Below, piece by piece: positions 50,493 to 59,752 of a stretch of 64,000 bases of DNA. Within the stretch, counting starts at the first letter, position 1; the number at the start of each line of letters is the position of its first letter. The notes under the pieces were generated by a model. That model searched no databases. It was not told where the DNA came from and was given only the letters and a program-made list of their open reading frames with translations. This DNA comes from an uncultured bacterium. GTDB taxonomy: Bacteria; Hydrothermota; UBA3073; NMUJ01; CBEVQO01. The stretch covers positions 32,001-96,000 of the forward strand of contig CBEVQO010000002.1 of the NCBI GenBank assembly GCA_965552055.1, in the 5' to 3' direction. A program made the position numbers and the translations under genes.

Positions 50493-53113
50493 TCAATAAT
50501 TTCGCTTTGTTAATTTCTTTACATAACTTTCGTAAAGTGCTTTTATTTCTTCATCGGATAATGCACGATTGTAAATGCGTACTTCGTCAATTATACCATG
50601 AAGGTAATTCCCGTTAACAGGACATCTACCAATATTTATACCTTCTGTATTTCTTGTCCCTGAAATTACAATAGCAGTTGATGTATCAAATATTCCATTT
50701 ATGAAAAGACTAATATTAGAGGTATTAAAAACTGCCACTAAAAAGTACCAAGTACCCGTATCTGGGTGAATAGAACTGAATAACCGATTTTCTGTCCAAC
50801 CATCCCATGCTGCTACCCTAAAAGCATAATTTTCGCCAGTCACAGGATCGGTAGCTCTGTAACCAATATACCATGAGATTGGGCAATTAGTTTCTTCTCT
50901 GTCGATGCAAAAAGTGTAATCACCTGAAGATGGTAAAGTCTTAAGGTTTACCCATAATGCAATTGAATATTCTTGATTTGATATCTCAAAACTTGTAAAA
51001 CCCTCATTTACCACTTTCACATAATCATCTACTCCGTCAAAATATAGGGCGTTTCCGGATATTCCCTGTGTCCATGTTGCTCCGTATATTACTCCGTGGT
51101 TACCATGTCCTGAATAATCATAAGCAGTGTCACCCTCTCCTTCGTCGAAGGAAAGGTATAGAACGAGACCTGTTGTATCAACACCTGTTTCGTATATCAC
51201 AATTTGATGTGCGGTTGACCAGCCAGATAATGCCCCATTTTCATCTTTTGCCTGTGCTTTCACATAGTAAGTGCCTGTGGATGTGTAAGTATGGCTCATT
51301 GATATTGATTGTCCTGATGATACATAAGAGCTCCAGGAAGAAGTATCTCCATCACCCCAATCAAATCTTATTGCTACATTATCACCATCTGGGTCTGTTG
51401 CACTTGCTGTGAAAGTTACACTCTCATTTACCTGTGCACTATCTGAACCCGAAATTACAGGTGCATCAGGCGGATTATTTTGTACCTCTCCTATTGTTAC
51501 TGTGAGTGCTGTTTTCCAGTTCCATGTGTATCTTGCACCTTTTGTATCTTTTGCCTGCACCATAACTGTATATGTACCTGCATTTGTATAAGTGTGCTCC
51601 ATTGAGATACTTTGCCCTGAACTTACAAAATTACTCCATCCAGAAGTATCGCCATCGCCCCATGAAAATCTGTAACTTATTTCATCGCCATCTGGATCGG
51701 TTGTAACTGCTGAAAATGTCAAACTTTCTCCTGTATTGCCAGAAGTTGGACCACTTAATTGTGGTGGAGCAGGTGCCCTATCTCTTACACAGATAACAAA
51801 ATTCCCATTGCTGTTTTGTTCAACAAACCAGTAAACCGGTGCTTCACATTTAAATAAATCGGCAAAATAAATAATAAGGTCTCTACCATAAGTAGCGATT
51901 GAAAGTGCCTGTCCTATCGCCTTTAATACTTTTCCAACAACTTTTAACAATTTGGATGTTGATTGAGATGCATTTTCAACTTGTTGTGAAGAAATACCTT
52001 CTTTGCATATTTCATCTGCATTATCTTTTATCCATATTATTATTGTTTTATACAGCGCTGGAGAATTATCAGCTATTATTTTGAAAGTTTCTTTCACATC
52101 CACTGCCTGTTTCAAATACTCCACCGTATTTTTGAATAAATCCTGTGTTGATTGTGAAGACATAATAATGGTTACTAATTGCGTTAAATCTGGCAATGGC
52201 ACTTCTGACAGGAATATACCTGCTAAGAGATTTGCCACATGCAATACACCCTTCACAATGTTAGCTACTGCTACTTCTCCGTATATTGTTGATAAATCCC
52301 ACTTTTCAAATCCTTTTATCAATGTGAATTGTTCGAGTTGTAATGGATTTTGCAGTGCCACAGTTTGCTCTGGCACACGCTTCCAAGGTGGTAAAGCCCA
52401 TGCCCATTCTACTTTACCCGGTATTATTAATCCCGTTGTAGTATCATATCCCGATGATGTCGCTATAAATCCATAATAAATCGTTACCGAATCTTCAAAT
52501 AAAATTGTGTTTCCTGTTCCATCAACCGGATGTGGTGGTGAGAATGTTAACTTTTTCTCTCTTTTCTTTTCACTCAATACACTATAGATTATTTCAACTG
52601 CTTTGTTGTAAATTTCTGGATGCTTATCGTAATCTGATAGATTTTCTGGGTCATTTTTCAGTATTTCTTCTATCATGTCCACGAGTTCCTGGAATTCTGC
52701 TTTTTGTTGTGCTTCCTGTATAAATTGTGTTTTCACATCGTCATCTGCCAGTGCGAAGACTGGATTTAAGAGCAGTAAAGCTATTGCTGTTGAGCGAGCA
52801 TTCAGTTTGCATTTTTCCATTGAATCGGGCGTTATGTATCCCATCAATACTGGTACCGAATCTTTTGTAAATGCCACTATCAACTGATATGATGGCACTT
52901 CGTATGTATTCACTTCGAATGAGCCGTCACTTTGCACCTGTGTTTCACCTGCAGGTGTCACTACTGTGAGTTCATCTGGGCTCAGTGGTGATTCTGCTGG
53001 CAATTCTGTTTCGCCTTTTGTGTAGCCCATTTCTACTTTTTTCTTCTTGCAATTTGTCACCAGCAGTCCCCAATTATTACTGCAATGGAGAGGATTGAAA
53101 TTACACGCCTCAT
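50493..53113 (-). pseudogene. Lipoprotein with two PKD domains and a LamG-like domain, frameshifted in its signal peptide
   Basis: GGAGG RBS + ATG 53113 gives MRRVISILSIAVIIG, out of frame by one base at GGGG 53068-53071 with LLVTNC-KKKK; DPDGD...WGDG x2; ALYFDGVDDYV...IDEVRIYNRALS. Confidence 0.8.
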
Positions 53114-53131
53114 AACCCCTCCTTTTAAAAA

Positions 53132-53158
53132 ATTATAGTGATTATGTGAGTATGTCAA
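53132..53158 (-). promoter_or_regulatory. Promoter of the PKD/LamG lipoprotein gene
   Basis: TTGACA-N15-TATAAT. Confidence 0.75.
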
Positions 53159-53174
53159 GAAATTTTCGCCAACC

Positions 53175-53201
53175 TTGACTGAGTGAATATTTGATTATAT
53201 T
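53175..53201 (+). promoter_or_regulatory. Promoter of a hypothetical gene, probably leaderless
   Basis: TTGACT-N15-TATATT-N5-ATG. Confidence 0.6.
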
Positions 53202-53206
53202 GATTG

Positions 53207-54148
53207 ATGGGCATAGATTTCATAATTACCATAGAAAATAAGTCAAACAGGACGAAATCTGAGGTTGATAAGTTTCTTGAAGGCGAATGGGAGTTGTTCA
53301 CCTGGCGTAGCAAGAAATATGCTACAATGTTACACACACCAAGGGCATTTGGTGTTGCATGGGGACAAACCTGGGATTATTTACCACGCTGGGAAAGGAT
53401 AGAATGGGAATGTTTACGCCAGGAGATATATAAAGCATGGGAGTTCTTCGGCAAGGGCAAGGTTTATGTTGGCGATGACTTATTTCGCAAAGCAATACCT
53501 GATAATGAAGATGATGAAGAATTTTCTTTACCATGCGAACTCGATAAAGAGATGTTGTTTCCACCTGATTATAGGAAATATCCAGAATTGAAGTATGTGA
53601 AGGAGAAAAAAGTCTGCACCCAATGGCTAATTCCTTATAAGAAGGTATCCAGAGAGATTTTGCGTCAGGAGAAAGAAAGAGTAAGTGATGAACTCGAATG
53701 GCTGATACATGGTTTATTTATCCCCACGCTGTCAAGGTTTATAGCAAAACATAAACTAAAAATACGCACTATAATAAGCTGGAATGATCACCACGAGCAC
53801 GAACTTTCTGCTGTTTATTCAGGTAAAAAGATTTGTATACGCATAAGATTTAGATATCACTGGTTTGAAGATGACTTATATAAATTCTTTAAAGATGTGT
53901 CCAGAGAGCTTCGTTTCCTCAATTTAGATTATGAGTATTTGTTGCTCATAATAGGTGTTAAAGAATTTGAAAATAAATCTATTTTAAGGGATTTGCGTAA
54001 GAAAAATTGTTATGTGAGCGTTTACCAAAGTGAAGACATGCTTATGCGCATGTTTAAGCCCTTACCGCCATATCCTGCAAAATTAAATTCACTCATATGC
54101 TATCCTGTAGAGTTATTTCTTAAAATTGCCAATAAGGAATCAAAATAG
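53207..54148 (+). CDS. Hypothetical protein
   Basis: 313-aa ORF; no family recognised. Confidence 0.7.
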   Translation: MGIDFIITIENKSNRTKSEVDKFLEGEWELFTWRSKKYATMLHTPRAFGVAWGQTWDYLPRWERIEWECLRQEIYKAWEFFGKGKVYVGDDLFRKAIPDNEDDEEFSLPCELDKEMLFPPDYRKYPELKYVKEKKVCTQWLIPYKKVSREILRQEKERVSDELEWLIHGLFIPTLSRFIAKHKLKIRTIISWNDHHEHELSAVYSGKKICIRIRFRYHWFEDDLYKFFKDVSRELRFLNLDYEYLLLIIGVKEFENKSILRDLRKKNCYVSVYQSEDMLMRMFKPLPPYPAKLNSLICYPVELFLKIANKESK

Positions 54149-54149
54149 C

Positions 54150-54482
54150 ATTGCGAGCGAAGCGAGCATAATACCTGTGGGTTATAAAAGCGGAATAGTT
54201 TGTGAGCGGAACCACATTTCAGGAGTTGAAGGTATTTGGGACTTTGCTTTTATATTTTTAATAATTTGTTAAAATTTTTAAATTTTTTATTACGAGCGAA
54301 GCGAGTGCATTACATATGGGTTGTGAGTCAACACCCCGAGCGGGACACATACTTTTGGTAGAGGGTATGGGATGTTTGACTTGACTTATTACGGGTAAAA
54401 CGCTTCAAGTAGCCACAGCGTGTCGGGACTGTGTCCCGCGAGGGGTGTGCACGAGGGCGGTGGGGACAGGGAGGCGGGGCTA
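54150..54482 (+). repeat. Mosaic intergenic repeat, copy E
   Basis: Two CGAGCGAAGCGAG modules, TTGACTTGACTTATTACGG...AGCCACAGCGTGTCGGGACTGTGTCCCG, terminal GGGAGGCGGGGCTA overlapping the rnhC stop. Confidence 0.9.
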
Positions 54483-55115
54483 TAATCTATTGAATATAGA
54501 AAAATGAACTTTTGCAACTTCTATCAATCTGCTTTTACCATATCTTTTTATAAATTCTCTGGCAGGTTCTGTAACAAGAAATGTCGCTCCCCTCTTAAAT
54601 TCTATACCATATCTCTCTATCAACTGATTGAATCTTCGTAAAAATTCTGCACGCGCTAAAATGGAAGCAGATGCTACGCAAATCTCTTCCTCTGCCTTTG
54701 GTATCTGTAAAAGTTTTATTTTCCTACCTTTCTTCATAAGCGCTCTTTTTAGCCATTTTTCATCTCCAAATTTATCCGAAATCGCAACAATATCTTCTTC
54801 TTCAACATCTATATCCTTCAAAACATTTTCGAGCGCACGAGCATGTCCCCATGCAAGTATCTTATTTATCGAACCCATCTTTAAATGCAGTTCATTATAT
54901 CTCTTCGGCGATATATATACAACGGAATATTTGCTGATCTCCTTTATCAAATTTTCAAGTTTAAAAATTTTTTTCTCCGATAATTTTTTGCAATCTTTAA
55001 CACCTGCTTCTTTTAGTTCTTTTTCCTTTTCAACTGCTATCAATACAGCTGCTATTGATAATCCACCGAAGAAATCACCTTTGCCCGATTCATCTATTCC
55101 TATTTTGATATGCAC
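54480..55115 (-). CDS. rnhC: Ribonuclease HIII-type, catalytic domain only
   Basis: IGIDESGKGDFFG, GVKDCKKL, YNEL, ILAWGH, VASASILAR, AKVHF motifs. Confidence 0.85.
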   Translation of the reverse strand: MHIKIGIDESGKGDFFGGLSIAAVLIAVEKEKELKEAGVKDCKKLSEKKIFKLENLIKEISKYSVVYISPKRYNELHLKMGSINKILAWGHARALENVLKDIDVEEEDIVAISDKFGDEKWLKRALMKKGRKIKLLQIPKAEEEICVASASILARAEFLRRFNQLIERYGIEFKRGATFLVTEPAREFIKRYGKSRLIEVAKVHFSIFNRL

Positions 55116-55819
55116 CTCAAACTATCTTTTTTTGTGACCGTTACTGCACAAAATAAAATTAGAGGATTTTCCGATAATTCCGGTAATCTGTTTGTGTAAT
55201 GTACATCATACCAGCTGCCATTTACTGCGCACACATCATAAATATATAAACCTGTATCCTGTAAGCCAGATGCAAATTCCCATTCTGTTTCTTTTGTGTA
55301 ATAAAGAGTTGTATCACTATCGTGTATCATTCTCAAAATATAAAATTCAGCATAATTGCATGCGGAACACCATTTCAGAACAAAATATTGCCCGGTATAT
55401 ACTGTGTCGGGATTGCATTCCGATATCGTGAAAGTAAGCGGTAAGATGGCTGGAGATGAATTCTCACCTTTTCCCTTTATATCAACATCTGCAACATAAA
55501 GCGTTTCTTCTTCCAAACTTATATTTTGATTTAAGAAAATTCCCTCTCCTTTATATTCGAGTTCGATATTGTTTATTTTAACTTCTGCATTGTATGCATA
55601 TTCGAAACCTTCTGGGATTGAAGGTGAAGTATCACCTATGAATGGCATCTCTGCATATTTTTTATCGTCCGGATTTTTGTAATATCTTTTTGATATGAGG
55701 AAAAGAGCAATGCACTTACCTGACTCAAACTTTGCGATATATCCTGTTGCTATGTATTGTGTGCGTAAAGGATGTTCACAGAAAAGAATCAGTGGCAATA
55801 GTAGTAATATCTTCTTCAT
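55100..55819 (-). CDS. Hypothetical lipoprotein
   Basis: MKKILLLLPLILFC signal ending in Cys. Confidence 0.7.
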   Translation of the reverse strand: MKKILLLLPLILFCEHPLRTQYIATGYIAKFESGKCIALFLISKRYYKNPDDKKYAEMPFIGDTSPSIPEGFEYAYNAEVKINNIELEYKGEGIFLNQNISLEEETLYVADVDIKGKGENSSPAILPLTFTISECNPDTVYTGQYFVLKWCSACNYAEFYILRMIHDSDTTLYYTKETEWEFASGLQDTGLYIYDVCAVNGSWYDVHYTNRLPELSENPLILFCAVTVTKKDSLRCISK

Positions 55820-57132
55820 AAATTGAACTTATCTTTTATTATGTCTTTGAGGTTTGGGGATGTAAGTTCCTGCAATTCGTATCTCACATGAATTATAGGT
55901 TTATCTGTTTTTACAACTCTGTTTAAATCAATTGGTGTTGCTGCTACTATGACATCGCACGGAGTTTTGTTTATCGTTTCCTGTAATTCTTTTATTTGCT
56001 TTTCTCCGTATCCCATTGCAGGTAGCAATTTTCCTATATGCTTATATTTCTCAAAAGTTTCTTTTATTGAACCCACTGCATAGGGTCTTGGGTCTATTAA
56101 TTCCTTTGCTCCGTATTTTTGTGCAACGATAACAGCTGCTCCATAGGGCATCTCACCGTGTGTCAATGTTGGACCATCTTCCACAGCGAGAACCTTTTTA
56201 CCTTTTATTTTTTCTGCTTCTTCGACGAAGATAGGCGATGCTGCTTCTACTACTATAGCATCTGGATTTGTTTCTTTTATTGATTTTTTGACCTTTTCGA
56301 CATTTTCCTTTTCCGCTGTATCCACTTTGTTTATCACCACAACATCTGCCATCCTCAAATTTGTTTCACCAGGATGATATTTTACTTCGTGACCAGGGCG
56401 ATGTGGGTCTGCTACAACTATATGAAGGTCGGGCTTATAGAATGGGAAATCATTATTACCGCCATCCCATACGATAAAATCTGCTTCTTTTTCTGCTTCT
56501 TCAAGAATTTTTTGATAATCAACCCCTGCATATACAACATTTCCTGCTCTTATGTGAGGTTCATATTCTTCTCTTTCTTCGATTGTGCATTTATGTTTAT
56601 CGAGGTCTTCGAAAGATGCGAATCTCTGGCATATTTGCTTTCTCAGGTCTCCATAGGGCATTGGATGTCGTATTACTGCTACTTTTTTGCCGAATTCTCT
56701 TAAAATTTTTGCTACTCTTCTCGTTGTCTGGCTTTTACCGCTTCCTGTTCTCACAGCACAAACAGATATTACGGGTTTTTTGGATTTTAGCATAGTGGAT
56801 TTTGGACCCATGAGCATGTAGTCTGCACCTGATGCAAGTGCGATTGATGCCCTGTGCATAACATATTCGTGAGAAACATCACTGTAGGCAAATACAACAA
56901 GGTCAACATTGTGTTTTTTAATTAGTTCGGGCAAATCTTCTTCCGGGAATATGGGTATTCCCTTTGGATATAATTTTCCTGCGAGTTCTTTTGGATAAAC
57001 TCTACCTTCGATATCTGGTATCTGGGTAGCTGTGAAAGCTACCACTTCGTAATCTTCATTATCTCTGAAAAATACATTGAAATTATGGAAATCCCTTCCT
57101 GCTGCTCCCATTATAATCACTTTACGCCTCAT
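55816..57132 (-). CDS. COG2403 P-loop protein (cyclic 2,3-diphosphoglycerate synthetase-like; arginine synthetase-type subfamily)
   Basis: GAAGRDFHNFN, AVRTGSGKSQT, IEEREEYE, WDGGNND, EDGPTLTHG, LPAMGY motifs. Confidence 0.85.
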   Translation of the reverse strand: MRRKVIIMGAAGRDFHNFNVFFRDNEDYEVVAFTATQIPDIEGRVYPKELAGKLYPKGIPIFPEEDLPELIKKHNVDLVVFAYSDVSHEYVMHRASIALASGADYMLMGPKSTMLKSKKPVISVCAVRTGSGKSQTTRRVAKILREFGKKVAVIRHPMPYGDLRKQICQRFASFEDLDKHKCTIEEREEYEPHIRAGNVVYAGVDYQKILEEAEKEADFIVWDGGNNDFPFYKPDLHIVVADPHRPGHEVKYHPGETNLRMADVVVINKVDTAEKENVEKVKKSIKETNPDAIVVEAASPIFVEEAEKIKGKKVLAVEDGPTLTHGEMPYGAAVIVAQKYGAKELIDPRPYAVGSIKETFEKYKHIGKLLPAMGYGEKQIKELQETINKTPCDVIVAATPIDLNRVVKTDKPIIHVRYELQELTSPNLKDIIKDKFNL

Positions 57133-57509
57133 AACCCCTCCTTTTTATCTTCCAGATTTTTGTAAAATTCTTTTATCTCTTCCAATCTCATTTCAATTTC
57201 TTCAAACATCGGGTCTCTATCGTAATAACCTGTGATATGAAACACTTCTCTCACTTTTTCAAATAAATCAATGAGTTCTTTCCCGCCATGCTTCACAACC
57301 ATAAATCTTGTGCCCCTGTAAGTCTTCGGTAATTCCTCCTCTTTCACACCTTTTTGCAATAAAAATTCTTTTAATGCGAGATTGAAAGATAGCCATATCT
57401 TTTCACAGCCATTAATTGCCTTTTCGATAATATTTTTCTCTTTGCCTTCTTTTATCTCCTTTTCACCTATCTCAAGATATTTTTTTGCTTCTTCAAGGTA
57501 TTTACCCAT
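57129..57509 (-). CDS. PaREP1/HEPN-like helical protein, tandem copy 4
   Basis: YLEEA...GCEKIW.SF..AL...FHITGYYD; paralogue of copies 1-3. Confidence 0.75.
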   Translation of the reverse strand: MGKYLEEAKKYLEIGEKEIKEGKEKNIIEKAINGCEKIWLSFNLALKEFLLQKGVKEEELPKTYRGTRFMVVKHGGKELIDLFEKVREVFHITGYYDRDPMFEEIEMRLEEIKEFYKNLEDKKEGL

Positions 57510-57879
57510 ATTTCTTATCCTCCAGATTTTTGTAAAATTCTTTTATTTCTTCTAATCTCATTTCAATTTCTTTAAACATAGGACATCTATCGTAAAATCC
57601 AGTAAGATGAAATACTTCTCTCACTGCTTCGAAAAATTTCGTGAATTCTCTGTCACCATGTTTAACAAGCATATACCTTAAGCCTCGAATAGTGCCAGGC
57701 AATTCTTCCTCCTTTATACCTTTTTGCAATAAAAATTCTTTTAATGCGAGATTGAAAGATAACCATATCTTTTCACAGCCATTAACCGCTTTTTCGATAA
57801 TGTTTTTCTCTTTGCCTTCTTTTATCTCCTTTTCACCTATCTCAAGATATTTTTTTGCTTCTTCAAGGTATTTACCCAT
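57502..57879 (-). CDS. PaREP1/HEPN-like helical protein, tandem copy 3
   Basis: 125 aa from ATG 57879, set by alignment with the paralogues. Confidence 0.75.
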   Translation of the reverse strand: MGKYLEEAKKYLEIGEKEIKEGKEKNIIEKAVNGCEKIWLSFNLALKEFLLQKGIKEEELPGTIRGLRYMLVKHGDREFTKFFEAVREVFHLTGFYDRCPMFKEIEMRLEEIKEFYKNLEDKKYG

Positions 57880-58249
57880 ATTTCTTATCCTCCAGATTTT
57901 CATAAAATTCTTTTATTTTTTTTAATACCACTACAATTTCTTCGAATATCGGAGTTCTCTCGTAAAAACCCGTTGTATGAAAGACATCCCTTACATCTCC
58001 GAATAACTGGATTAACTCTTCATCGCCATATTTTACAACCATAAATCTCAACCCCCTGGCAGTATTCGGTAACTGCTCCTCCTTTACTCCTTTTTGCAAT
58101 AAAAATTCTTTTAATGCAAGATTGAAAGATAACCATATCTTTTCACAGCCATTAACCGCTTTCTCAATTATGTTTTTCTCCTTGCCTTCTTTTATCTCTT
58201 TCTCACCTATCTCAAGATATTTCTTTGCTTCTTCGAGATATTTACCCAT
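57872..58249 (-). CDS. PaREP1/HEPN-like helical protein, tandem copy 2
   Basis: 125 aa paralogue. Confidence 0.75.
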   Translation of the reverse strand: MGKYLEEAKKYLEIGEKEIKEGKEKNIIEKAVNGCEKIWLSFNLALKEFLLQKGVKEEQLPNTARGLRFMVVKYGDEELIQLFGDVRDVFHTTGFYERTPIFEEIVVVLKKIKEFYENLEDKKYG

Positions 58250-58619
58250 ATTTCTTATCCTCCAGATTTTTATAAAATTCTTTTATCTCGGATAATAGTT
58301 CTTCAATTTCTTCAAATATGGGATCTCTATCATAAAATCCCGTTATATGAAACTCTTCTCTTACTTTACGGAATAAATCGAATAACTCTTTTCCGCCATA
58401 CTTTCTGGTCATAAATCTTAATCCCCGAGTAGTCCCCGGTAATTCCTTCTCTTTCACACCCTTTTGCAATAAAAATTCTTTCAAAGCGAGATTGAAAGAT
58501 AACCATATCTTTTCACAACCATTAACCGCTTTCTCAATTATGTTTTTCTCCTTACCTTCTTTTATCTCCTTTTCACCTATCGCAAGACATCTTTTTGCTT
58601 CTTCAAGGTATTTACCCAT
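58242..58619 (-). CDS. PaREP1/HEPN-like helical protein, tandem copy 1
   Basis: 125 aa paralogue; start overlaps the sat stop (TAATG). Confidence 0.75.
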   Translation of the reverse strand: MGKYLEEAKRCLAIGEKEIKEGKEKNIIEKAVNGCEKIWLSFNLALKEFLLQKGVKEKELPGTTRGLRFMTRKYGGKELFDLFRKVREEFHITGFYDRDPIFEEIEELLSEIKEFYKNLEDKKYG

Positions 58620-59752
58620 TATTCAACAAATGGATTATCATATTTCATTATAAATTCGGCAACTTCTGGACGGAAAATTTCTTCAGGTGGACATTTACCC
58701 TGTTGAAACATCTCCCTTATCTTCGTGCCACTAAAATAAATCCTATCATCTTTATGAGGACATGTTTTTTCATTCATTATTGATTTGCATTTTTTACAGT
58801 AGAAAAATGTAGTGAAAAATATCGGCTGTATCTCAAGGTCTGGAAAATCCTTAAATATTTCGTGAGCTGCAAATGGATGATAGAAATTTCCAACACCTGC
58901 GTGGTCTCTTCCTATCAAAATATGTGTACAGCCAAAATTTTTCCTTATTATGGCATGATGGATTGCTTCAAGGGGTCCTGCATATCTCATCTGCATCGGC
59001 AATATCCCGAGAAATACCCTATCTTCAGGATAATAATTCTTAATCAATATCTCGTATGATTTCAAAATAACATCATCTTTAAAATCTCCTTTCTTTTTTC
59101 TTCCGATAACAGGATTTATGAACAGTCCATCGAGAAAAGAAAGTGCTGTTTTCTGCAAGAATTCGTGTCCCATGTGCGGTGCATTACGCGTCTGAAAGCC
59201 CACAACTTGTTCCCAGCTCCTTTTGGAGAATTCAGAGCGAGTTTCTTCAGGAGTATAAAAATATTTCTTAAATTCACCAAGCAAATCTTTAAAATCTTCA
59301 AAAATTTTAACTTCTCCTGCAAAAATAACATCGCCATATTCTGCAAGGCGTGCAACACCTGGATGACGCACATCAACCGTTTGAAAAACACATCTCGCAA
59401 ATTCTTCTTTGTTAAACTTATATTTCTCATGCAAATGCAAAATGCCTATCTTTCTGCCCTTTTTATCGCACAATAAAATCTCACTATCAATTGAAAATTC
59501 TTTTGATTTTTCTTCTTCAACCGGTAAAATTATTGGAATGGTCCAAGGAGTACCGTCTGTTAATCTTTTTTCATGTAAAACAGATTGATATTCTTTTTCG
59601 GGTAAGAAACCGGTTAAAGGACTGTAAATCCCGCAACCTATATCAATCACATCATAAACAAAATCATCATGAATCACAAGTTTTTTGTCGGGTAACTCTT
59701 TTTCCTTACTAACTATATTTTTCACAAGTATTTTGCCATGTGGCTTTATCAT
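58619..59752 (-). CDS. sat: Sulfate adenylyltransferase
   Basis: YSPLTGF, FQTRNAPHMGHE, MRYAGP.EA..HA..RKNFGCTH..IGRDHAGVG motifs. Confidence 0.96.
   Translation of the reverse strand: MIKPHGKILVKNIVSKEKELPDKKLVIHDDFVYDVIDIGCGIYSPLTGFLPEKEYQSVLHEKRLTDGTPWTIPIILPVEEEKSKEFSIDSEILLCDKKGRKIGILHLHEKYKFNKEEFARCVFQTVDVRHPGVARLAEYGDVIFAGEVKIFEDFKDLLGEFKKYFYTPEETRSEFSKRSWEQVVGFQTRNAPHMGHEFLQKTALSFLDGLFINPVIGRKKKGDFKDDVILKSYEILIKNYYPEDRVFLGILPMQMRYAGPLEAIHHAIIRKNFGCTHILIGRDHAGVGNFYHPFAAHEIFKDFPDLEIQPIFFTTFFYCKKCKSIMNEKTCPHKDDRIYFSGTKIREMFQQGKCPPEEIFRPEVAEFIMKYDNPFVE

Noticed and set aside
57129..58619. Diversity-generating retroelement template/variable repeats
   Set aside because: No reverse transcriptase in the window, all copies are intact coupled genes, and differences do not look restricted to adenines.
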